Origin: Albugo candida
Taxonomy: Eukaryota
DNA: 64,000 nt
Assembly (NCBI GenBank): GCA_040437565.1
Contig: JBDOQK010000003.1
Coordinates: 868,001-932,000, forward strand
Reading direction: 5' to 3'
This document shows, one piece after another, positions 38,281 to 48,734 of this stretch. The stretch's first letter is position 1; the number at the start of each line of letters is the position of its first letter. A program made the translations under genes and the position numbers. A model generated the notes under the pieces. That model made no database searches, was not told the DNA's origin, and saw only the letters and a list, made by a program, of their open reading frames with translations.

Positions 38281-40111
38281 ATGCAGAGATCAAATTACAG
38301 TCGCAACTTGCAGCCCTTGAGAATCGATTTGAAGAGACAGATTCGACAGCTTGAAAAACAATCGTTTTCTCCATTGGTGTATAATGACGCACCGCTCGGT
38401 GTCGGACTCGGGTATTCATTTTTTTGCGCTCTCACCCACAAAAAGTATGCTCAATATTATCGATCTGCAGCACACATTACGCCGAATTATATATTGGAAT
38501 TCCTCCGCAACGCGCTTCAGTAATTTTGGACACTGGAAGTGGACTCACAGCTTTTCCATGCGACACGTAAAGCGATGAATATACATGCGCTTCTCTTCTT
38601 ACACACATTTTTAGATGCGTTGATTGCGGCACTCACACGGATCCGAAATTTGATGCATCCAAATCCACTTCAATTGATTTTGTCCAATGCAAAAACGAAG
38701 AACTTTGTACCTCATGCCAGGACAATTTGTGTGTGATACATCAGGTCAATGCATTGAATCGAATTTGAGTTGGATGATGCTCACAATTTGCTATAGGGAT
38801 ACTCCGAAGGAAGCAAATGGGAAGCGATTGTCATGCAGGATGTGATCTGGGTCGGAAATGTCGATAGCGATAGTGCGGAAATGATCATGCAACGTTACGG
38901 CATACGGTTCAAGTTTGGATGTCAGACACGTGAAACAGGACTTTTCATCACGCAAGTAGAAAATGGAATAATGGGTCTAGGCAGCATGAAAAACAATATT
39001 GCTACGGAAATGTACAAAGCCAAACGTATTGAGAAACATATGTTCGCTTTGTGTTTCGGTCAGACAGGAGGAAGTTTTGTGATTGGAGGTATTAATTACA
39101 GCCATCACAAGTCCAAAATCGCGTACACGCCTCTATCAAAGTTCGGTATCGATAACTATCCGGTTCAATTGAAAGATGTGCGTATTGGAGGCATATCGAT
39201 TCAAGTTGATTCGAACCTTTACACAAGGTTAGAAGTTATTCTCTCAATGGTTCGCGATTTCTCATTTTGCTATGTAGTGGTCGTGGAGCGATAGTCGACA
39301 GCGGGACCACCGACACATACCTCCCATCGGCTGCTGAAACACCATTCAAGGAAGTGTTTCAACGACTCACAGGCGTCGTATATAGCACAAACAAAATGAA
39401 ACTCACACCGGAGATTGTTGGCACTTTACCAAATATCTCGCTCGTCATCGCCGGAGAAGATGGAGAGGATTTCGAAATCATTTTAAGAACATCAGATTAC
39501 ATCCTCAATAATTCAAAAAATCATTTTTTCGGCACACTTGATTTCACTGAACGACGCGGAGCAGGTATGTGAACAATTCAACTGTGCGTTGAAAGTTTAC
39601 GTGTCATTTAAGTGCTTGGAGGGAGTACTATGATGGGTTATGACGTCATTTTTGACTTGGAAAAGAAACGCATTGGATTTGCGGAAGCGAATTGCGGTAT
39701 GTCAATTGTGAAAATTCATTTATTTCGTTTGCTGATATAGGATTGCCAGTGAGTGAGGACGGTAAGGGCGATCCAATCACGTTGCCGCTTAAACCACTTC
39801 CGCCGCTTCCGCCAATCGCAAAAAACGTCTCGTCAAATAAGAACGGTTTGGTTAGTGTTAAGAACGCATCGTACAGCTATTTGATGGTTCCTGTCATTAT
39901 AATTGGGATTATCGGAATGATTGTCGGGGTTATTTTGTGGAAGAAAAAAGCTCGATCGAGATGGAAAGCACTCGGAAATCAGTACACAGTATCCGACAGC
40001 GAGAACGATGAAGATTTAGTTGAATTGAAGCAGCCCGAGTCGTCTGATCGCGCGTTGCGCATGCCAAAATCGTCGCGAATTCCTATGGACTCGAAATCGA
40101 TTATTGTATAG
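38281..40111 (+). CDS. Second, tandem plasmepsin V-like aspartic protease with C-terminal TM; start uncertain
   Basis: YIGIPPQRASVILDTGS, CDT|CVDCGTH, FGCQTRETGLF, IVDSGTT and YDVIFD, plus TM VPVIIIGIIGMIVGVILW. Confidence 0.88.
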
Positions 40112-40183
40112 CCGTTATGATTGCAATAATAACAGTTACGGTCGATAGCGAGAAGCGGCATCACGCTCAAAGCATTCAGTCCC

Positions 40184-41505
40184 ATGAAATTCGGCAAAGT
40201 ATTACAGAAAGCGACTCAGATGTCCTCTAGCGAGTGGGAATCCCATTGGATTGATTATAAAGTACTGAAACGCATTATAAAAGATTGTGCGCAATTGAGT
40301 ACGAAAGAGAAATTGCGATCTAAACAAGGACAGAAAGTAGCGCGGCTTGTACGCGTCGATAATGACACAATACGTATGATATTTTGCTAAGTGCGATTCG
40401 CTGAAATATGACAGATACATTCGCTTAGGCCAAAGTCCTGATGAAATGAATTTCTTCAGAACGCTGCGAGTGGAAATAAAGAAAATCGCAACGTTTTTTA
40501 TCAGGGAGCAAGCGAAATTCACGGGTCAAATCGGCGCATTGGAAACTCAGTTCCAGCAACTCAAAGTATGTGTCTCTCCATTGATTTTGCGTACTTTCAA
40601 CTATGACATTTTGTAGACATCACCGAGCGCGAGCATTCAAATGGAACTGATGAAAAGTTGTGTGAATGTGTACAAAGAATTACTTTTGTTGGAGAACTTT
40701 GCTGTTATGAACTTTTGCGGTATTTCCAAGGTAAAGTATTAATTTCATTCAGGATGAGATAGTTTGCGGTTTATGATGCTCGAAAGCTTGACAGATTCTG
40801 AAAAAACATGACAAATGGACGGGCTATGCAACGCGACACAAATTCATGCACACAATTTTGATGAAGCAACCATTTGCGACGTACTGTCCTTTGCTGAAAA
40901 TGATCAATCGCTTGGAGCAAATTTTCATGGAGGCGACAGGATGCAGCATTGATGAGCACGACAGTAAAAAATGTAAGAAGGAAGAGCTACTGAAACGAGC
41001 TAAAATGCAACAAACCCAAGAAACAGCAATTTCTGCGGAATCAAAATCTCCAGCAGACATGCATTTTGAAAAGGATGGTGGAAAGGTGGAAAAAGTCGAG
41101 GCTGAATTCCAACATTCTAAGGAAAAGAAACAATACCATGCGGAGCGAGATCGAGATGTTGTGAATTCAGAAAAGAAGAATGTTTCCTTGGACCAAGTGC
41201 ATGCTCTACGTGACGATGTATGGCAACTCAAGATTCTAGAATCGGATGCTTACGATCAAGAAGAGGATGTTGAAAGTCAGCATGATTTACCTCTGCCGGA
41301 AATAGAAGAAGAAGAAGAAGAGAGTAAAAGAAGCGAATTGGAAGCGAATGAAGAAGACGTGAAAGAGCAAGTCACAGATGATGAAGCTTGCAGTGTTGAT
41401 GACTCTAATGTGGTGATCACATTCAGCGGCAGCAATAATTGCGTGAGGAAAGCTCCCAACAAACAATTAAAACGGAAAATGAGCGTTTCGACTATCTTGA
41501 ATTAA
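40184..41505 (+). CDS. SPX-domain protein with an acidic/disordered C-terminus, multi-exon
   Basis: MKFGKVL...WIDYKVLKRIIK, EIKKIATFF and LLENFAVMNFCGISK|ILKKHDK, the SPX lysine cluster. Confidence 0.9.
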
Positions 41506-41888
41506 CGTAACAAGTTGAATAGATGATATAGGAACAGTGTAACTTGGGATCATGATTGCATGAAATGGTACAGGTGAGCACAACCCCAATGTAATCGCAT
41601 GCGGTGTGACGAGTACCAAGTTTCATAATATTACCCGTTCTCTTCAATATGCCAGTAGAGCCAGTATCTAATCTGCATGACTGCTAAGATTACTGCTATC
41701 TCTGCGCCCGTATAGAACGGATGCGATGCAGAAACAAGAGGGTTGTTGATTTTGTAATAAGTATAAACATGTAAAATTGATTTGTAAATATATCCCACAT
41801 TCTGACTCGACTGTGTTCAGATCGAAAAAGGAGCCGAACTGCGAATTGAAATCAAATATACCGAATCACTCACAATTTTGACGCAGAA

Positions 41889-42554
41889 ATGGCTACAGGT
41901 AATATTATTAGTGCGTCCGTCGCGGTGAACTCTAGTCTATTGATGGAGCCGGCCGATACGATCAGTTTTGTTCTTCCTGCGACTCGACTGGCGCGTGATT
42001 TGAATGATAGACCACTCATTCGATCAGCCATTTCTCTCACAAATATTTCTTTTAGCAAAATATTGATCGTCAAAGTACAAACAACTAGCGTTAAATCCTT
42101 TACAGTCTCTCCGCCAGTTACGATCATCAAACCGGGAGAGTCGCAGTGGATGATTATCACAGCGCTTGCGTATGAAGTTGATCGATTATTATCAATGACG
42201 TCAAATGCAAAATGGAATCAAATACCAGAAAGATTTCTATTTCAAACAGTCGAATTAACTGATATACAAACTACACACATTGAAAATCCTGCAGAGTGCT
42301 GGAGGCAATGTCCTAAAGAACGAATAATCTCGTGTCAGTTACTCTGTCATTATGTAGTTGGAAATGCCACTCAGCAACAAGCTGAGCTAGAATCTCAGCT
42401 AAGTGAGATCTTGGATAGAGATAACTCAAAAGCCTCTTTCCAACTTTCAAATCATGATCTGGAAGAAAACAATGAGTCGAACCATGTCGCTGAGGCTTTC
42501 GATATTCAGACACTCGAGGTATACTCTACTTTATCCACCTCAGTGCAAAATTGA
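41889..42554 (+). CDS. MSP (major sperm protein)/VAP-like domain protein without TM
   Basis: ISLTN...IVKVQTT...FTVSP...IIKPGES...ERFLFQ fits the MSP pattern. Confidence 0.7.
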   Translation: MATGNIISASVAVNSSLLMEPADTISFVLPATRLARDLNDRPLIRSAISLTNISFSKILIVKVQTTSVKSFTVSPPVTIIKPGESQWMIITALAYEVDRLLSMTSNAKWNQIPERFLFQTVELTDIQTTHIENPAECWRQCPKERIISCQLLCHYVVGNATQQQAELESQLSEILDRDNSKASFQLSNHDLEENNESNHVAEAFDIQTLEVYSTLSTSVQN

Positions 42555-42648
42555 CTCGGCTTATTCGTAGAATGAACAAGCACAAGAACAAGCCGATGCA
42601 CGCGATTCTGAATTCTCTTCCGCTCGTGATGGACTTGAGCAACTAGTA

Positions 42649-43359
42649 ATGGAAGATCCTCCGAGCTATCGGATCTTCCCGAGCGAATGGCTCGTGTTCG
42701 GTGTTACGTCTAATTTTATAAGCGAAGCAGAACGTGTGGGACTCATTGATTATATAATTCCCCTGGAAGCGCGACTGGATGGTGAGAATATTTTATCCAG
42801 CGCACATTTGAGAATTTCCAATGAAGCTTCTCATCATTACATCGCATTCAAAATCAAGACAACAAATCATCTCGGCTATTATGTAAAGCCGAGCAAAGGA
42901 TTCATTGCACCTAAAGAGAACAAAACCATCCAGTTACAGTTGGTTCAGCGAGACGATTCCGTATTTGATCCAGGGAGACGAGAATCATCAGACCGGTTTC
43001 AAGTGTCTATTATATTTTTAAAGGAGAGTGAAATTAATATTGAAGCCGTTATGGAACCAACGAATCGAAAGGAGGAAAAACGCTACCGAAGAGAGATGAT
43101 GCGTGTGTGGAATAACGTAACCGCGTCTGATACCGAAAAGAGTGTGCTGCGGTGCCAAATTTTGCAAATGTTCACAAAGGAAAAAATATCTAAACATTCA
43201 CGTCTTCAAAAAAGTCTGAGCTCCAAAATTATCGACCCTCACAAGTCCTCATGTTTCAATCAAGTGGCCTCATCGTCCTCACAAGTGTATAACCCGTACG
43301 CCGAAGATTTTGGACAGATACCCGAATGGTCTACGCTACTGGCATCAATCGATAAGTGA
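42649..43359 (+). CDS. MSP/VAP-like domain protein without TM
   Basis: LRISN...IAFKIKTT..YYVKPSKGFIAP...DRFQV fits the VAP MSP consensus FKVKTT..YxVRP. Confidence 0.8.
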   Translation: MEDPPSYRIFPSEWLVFGVTSNFISEAERVGLIDYIIPLEARLDGENILSSAHLRISNEASHHYIAFKIKTTNHLGYYVKPSKGFIAPKENKTIQLQLVQRDDSVFDPGRRESSDRFQVSIIFLKESEINIEAVMEPTNRKEEKRYRREMMRVWNNVTASDTEKSVLRCQILQMFTKEKISKHSRLQKSLSSKIIDPHKSSCFNQVASSSSQVYNPYAEDFGQIPEWSTLLASIDK

Positions 43360-43758
43360 TACGATTTATTCAAAGAGTTGGCTTAGCCAAGTACGCTACA
43401 AAGCTTTTAGTGACACTTGAAACGTATCAGTGCTTGCACGAGGTGGATGCCCAAGTTGATGTGATAGCGCAAGTAAATGGTGTGGTACGTGGTTGCTGAT
43501 CGGATTGATTACGTAGCCTGAGGGAATAGAAAAACGTTTTTGCTTAGACCGAGCACACTTGATTACATTATGTATATAACAATCATCCAAAAGGTCTTTC
43601 TTCCCTTCGTACTACGAACCCTGGTGAGTTCTGAGGGGAACACACCCTAACCATACTCACCAGATTGAGATGAAATGCTCACTCCAAGTAATGTTTATGT
43701 ACAGTCCGAAAATATAAAAATTGAAATTTTTAGCATCCAGTAACCAAAAGCGATCGAA

Positions 43759-44733
43759 ATGGTCAAAAGCTTTGCACGATCATTTTCTCAACCTGAACCA
43801 CGTCTCAAAGCGCTCCAAGAAAGCTTCGTCTCGTCCGCAAACCGATTTCGAAAGAGTGTTCACCTACGTAAAGAACGGTTTCCTTCTACAACCGTACCGT
43901 TTGCAGTGTCGTTATTACAACATGTTCAAATCATATTTCCAAAAGCTATCGTTCCTAACAAACAGTTTGGAACGCCGCAATATGTGATGCGCGTTCGAAA
44001 TACTGTGCTGGATCAAAGTTGGGAGATCAATCATCCATTTGCAGAGTTTTATGAATTTAAGCAGAAAATACTCAAGGAATTACAACATGGACATTTATGT
44101 AGCTCCAAGTGCCCTTACTTGTACGATTTTGTCAGCCATCATTTTCCAAGACGTCATATTTTTCGAACAAGACGTGCTAGTGTGATTGCGGCTCGATGTT
44201 CGCAATTGAGGGAATTCATGCTTGCTATACTCACTGCCGTCAATGAGAATCAAGATCGACAATGTCCTATTCTGTCCAATACAATTGCCAGAATTCTATA
44301 TGATTTTTTACACCAAAACATGGTATTCAACTCATCCGATTTCGAGCACACCCGTTTGAAGGACCGACTTTCATTTCATAGTTCAGGGATAACAATCGAA
44401 CCACTCCATATGTCACAGCCGTGCTCGAATGCAAGCGTCAAGTGCGATTTGCGATCGGATCCTTTGGACTGTAGCCGGATGGAGTCCTGCCCAGATGCAT
44501 GTGGTATTTGCCGAGCTCAGTTAACATGCTTTAGCTATCTTGATCGTTGCTCCCAAGAGTCCGATGCAAATACAGCTCTTACTATGGTCTCAAATGAGCA
44601 GCCCACACGTCATTCGGCTTTGATTACTGCGATTACAACTTTGAAGTGTGGCCATCGCTTCCATGATGAATGTATTCTAGAAGAACTTAATCACAAATTG
44701 CAATGTCCTGTGTGCGACACAGTACCGTTTTGA
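43759..44733 (+). CDS. PX-like domain plus C-terminal RING-H2 protein
   Basis: WEINHPFAEFYEFKQ...FPRRHIF...IAARCSQLREFM is PX-like. CGIC...LKCGHRFHDECI...CPVC is RING-H2. Confidence 0.75.
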   Translation: MVKSFARSFSQPEPRLKALQESFVSSANRFRKSVHLRKERFPSTTVPFAVSLLQHVQIIFPKAIVPNKQFGTPQYVMRVRNTVLDQSWEINHPFAEFYEFKQKILKELQHGHLCSSKCPYLYDFVSHHFPRRHIFRTRRASVIAARCSQLREFMLAILTAVNENQDRQCPILSNTIARILYDFLHQNMVFNSSDFEHTRLKDRLSFHSSGITIEPLHMSQPCSNASVKCDLRSDPLDCSRMESCPDACGICRAQLTCFSYLDRCSQESDANTALTMVSNEQPTRHSALITAITTLKCGHRFHDECILEELNHKLQCPVCDTVPF

Positions 44734-46546
44734 CGATAGTTATATCATCACAAATCAATATATCGGCTTTGTGAGACAAACGTGTCAAAAAAAATTAAGT
44801 GAGGTTTCATTGATACTCGAAAGTATTAGAGTGAGCGATAACGTGCATCGGGATACGATACGACTTACCAAACTAGCGTATGACTGCACAAGTACACTCA
44901 ATAGCTATGGAAGGTTCAAAAGTGCGACATCGAAAGGTTACATATTAAAAACGTCTGCGGCTCTTCTGATTGAGATCCTCCGCACTACCTTTTCGTCTAC
45001 ATACTCTTTGAAAAGATACAATTTATCGGCCGTCCTGCTTCAAGTGAACCTGACGGGTTTTTTGAAGCGAGTGATCAAATCGAGTGTATATTTGGCCACG
45101 GGCTTTAATTGACGAATCAATTACTGACAATGATATTGAAGTATTCACAAGTACCCAACTTGTGTCACTTGATGAAATTCACCTGAATCGAGTCGAGGTT
45201 TTATTTCTATGTGCAACATCGAGTCGTTCGAATAAGTCATGATAATTTTTACTAGTTCAAGCACAGCGCAGCTGTTTGCAATATTCGCTTGCCTATTATC
45301 AAAGCGTCATGAAACAGCTTGACCAGGACCGCCGTAGCCTCTGTTTCTATTGTAGTAGGAGAATACGTTCCTGCCAAGTTCTGTCATTCATTGGTTCTAG
45401 CAATGTGCTAATCATCCACCACGATTGCGAGTAAATCACGCGCACGTCCTTATAATGATCATCATTCCTCACAGCATACACTGGTCTCATGCTGATTTAC
45501 AGAAAAGCGTAATCGTAGGTTTGGTGTGAGCAATGTACTGATCTGAGTGCGAGTATATTTACTAAAAGTACGAACACGATGAAGTCGAGATATGAACGTT
45601 TTGTATCAGTCAACGGTCCAATGTGCCTAGGTGGACAATTTGGAATAGAAATGGTTGGAATATAATTGAAAACGCTGAAAGTAGAGCATGTTGACAAAAA
45701 CGAATGCGTAGCAGTAGAATCATAGAAAGCTACGATCCATCGTTCCAACAATACCTAGCCAGCAATTATTCCACAGAAAGAAGCAAGTTGAGCAGGTGTT
45801 GAGGGAGTATGCAAAAAAACTTCGCAGTATTCCGATTCAGAGCATGAAGCTCATGTATCATTGATGAGATCTGCAATATTGTAAAACCTGATTGTCCATG
45901 TTCCTGTTCGATAGTACCATCGACCCAATTTGCTGGACGTAAGCATCACGAAACAATGATTCACATAATGCACTGCATTGATTAGCAACATCCAGAAAGA
46001 TAAAAATCAACATCCGGATAAGATCGAGAACGAAGATAATGATGCAATTCATAGGATCGAATGATGTGTGGAAAAGTGAGAACAAAAAAGTCGTTTCACT
46101 CAAAAAACCTTTACTCATGAACGTCGTTACCGATGTGTGACCACTGCAATCATTCCATCCATGATGATATCCTGATCGATATCATGATTCCGAGCACGCA
46201 GTTGATGTTCTCTAGGTATAAGACGGGTTTTAAATATTTTTACCAGAGGTCTACGACTCATTCCTGTCGCTAAGCACTGCTGCAGCTGCAAAGCTAGATC
46301 TCACCGCTTAATTCAAACCATAGTTATGTGCCCCGTTTCGTATCTTTAGTATAAACATAAAAATTGTTGTTAATTCACGGGGGAATTGGCAAGTGGCGAA
46401 TTGTACAAATTCGGTCCAAGAGGTATTGTTTACACTTGAACATTGTGCAGAATAAGCATCACCCTCGATATATGCTCGTAATTGGTCTATTCTCATCTCG
46501 CACACTATAGTGCGATGTATACCTGAGATGATGTGCTACACAAATT

Positions 46547-48699
46547 ATGAAGCGAAATGGAGGCGGGTGGAATCAAACAGTTTGCGATGACGAAGGCCGT
46601 CGACGCTTTCATGGAGCTTTCCAAGGAGGATTCTCTGCCGGATATTTCAATACTGTCGGATCTAAAGAAGGATGGGCCCCGAAATCATTCAATTCTTCCA
46701 AAACAACTCGAGCACGAGTCCATCAGCGCCTCGAAGATTTTATGGACGAAGATGATGATCCTTTGCTCGGCAAGCAATTAGAAACCTCAAGAAAATTCGA
46801 CACTCTTCAGGAAAAAGAAAAAACAAAACTCAATTCCATTAAATTTCATGAAACTATAAAACCTTTACAGTTTTCATTCCCATCCGATTGGATCCTCCCG
46901 ACCCGTCCGTCCATCGGAACCCAATTACTCTGCAAAACGGGCTGGAAACCAGGTATGGGTATTGGTCCGAAGTTCAAAAAGCGAATTGACACCCATCAAA
47001 ACGTAGCCTACGTCTACATGGACCCTAAACCACACCTCACAGCCTCTGATGTCCCACCTGTCAAATCGAATCTCTACGGCCTCGGGTTCGACCCGTTTGT
47101 AAATGCTCCAGAATTTGAGCGATTTCGCATCGAACAAGAAAAAAAATCTAAAGCACAAGGTCAGCGTCAGATCCTCTCCTTTGCAACAAGCCTTCAAGCC
47201 CCCAAATCCATACTACAATCCACGGAAGCTTCCTCGACCAATTACGGCTTGGGTGCCCTGGAAGATGATGATGATGTCGACATATACGGCCCAAGCCTTA
47301 TCCTTCGAGATGTCGACACTGAAATTGGTCGGAAACGTAAGAAAACACCCAAAATGATTACGGGTCCGAAAGACATGGTCGGAAATATCGACGCTAATGT
47401 GCCCGGCTTTTATCGTGGTCGTGATGAGCAAAAGACCACGATACCAGGAGGCCTTCTTGTGCCAAAGGACTTCTCGGGATTTCATGCGTTTCCAGAAATC
47501 GAAGCAAAGAGTGCGGTATCACAATTATATGAAAAGTATCATTTCACAAAAATAAATGCAAAGACGCTAAGAAAAGCACCGGAAACAACTCAAACAGATG
47601 GGAAAAGTGTGTTTGAGTTGCCAAGTACCGATCAAATCGCACGCATCCGCGAAACTGCTCAAACGGCTCACAAAGAGGAAATCAAAACACAACGTACTCT
47701 GCTCGACCAAGAAGTAGTAGCATCCGACTTCTTCGCCAATCGATTCGTCAGTGCGGGACACTCGCAACACTCGCAGAGTCGAGAAGAGAAGACAAAGCAA
47801 TCGGAGTATCAACACNNNNNNNNNNNNNNNNNNNNNNNNNNNNNNNNNNNNNNNNNNNNNNNNNNNNNNNNNNNNNNNNNNNNNNNNNNNNNNNNNNNNN
47901 NNNNNNNNNNNNNNNAAGTACCGATCAAATCGCACGCATCCGCGAAACTGCTCAAACGGCTCACAAAGAGGAAATCAAAACACAACGTACTCTGCTCGAC
48001 CAAGAAGTAGTAGCATCCGACTTCTTCGCCAATCGATTCGTCAGTGCGGGACACTCGCAACACTCGCAGAGTCGAGAAGAGAAGACAAAGCAATCGGAGT
48101 ATCAACACAAAACTGAAAAGGTGCAGGAACGATCCAAAGTGTGCCGCTCAGAAGAATTCTGGATTCCGACTTCGTTGCTTTGTAAGCGTTGGGGAGTGAA
48201 ATGCTCACGCGCTACATCAGAACAGAATCCCAGCAGCAATAGGAAATTCTCGGTGGACTCCATCCTCCAGGCGACCACTTTGAACAGTATGACGCCATTG
48301 CGTCCACGAACGCCAGTCAGTGAGAAGGATGAGCCTGATCTCCCAGACCTCAATCGACCTAGCGAGAGCTTACTCAAAGTGATTTTCGAACCATCAGATG
48401 AAAGTGTGAAGGAAGAGGACAGTAGTGAAGAGGATCTCGAGCTACATGAAGATTCTACTGGAAGTTTGCCCGTCGATCAATTGGAGCTTTCCGGCACGAA
48501 CAATGATCCCAAAACTATTTCTCCAGCTATCCTGAATTTGGACGACAAAACGCGCGAGAAAATGCTGAGAAAACTCGAGCGATCTCTCGAGACATCTCGA
48601 AAGCACAAAAGTAAAAAACACAAAATGGATAGAAAGTCTCGTAAGCGATCTCGCGAGCATTCCGATCGGAAAAGGAAGAAACATCGAAAAAAAGACTAA
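46547..48699 (+). CDS. GPATCH1: G-patch domain-containing protein 1 (TOUGH-like splicing factor); interrupted by the N-gap and its duplicate
   Basis: [36 protein letters not shown]-patch [30 protein letters not shown] and a K/R-rich tail. 47623-47815 is repeated at 47916-48108. Confidence 0.92.
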
Positions 48700-48734
48700 C
48701 ATATCAATTGTATGAATGTATCGAATCAATGCGT

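Noticed and set aside
44771-46505. Short hydrophobic ORFs between the RING gene and GPATCH1
   Set aside because: Fragmented and no family recognised; not enough to call a gene or pseudogene.
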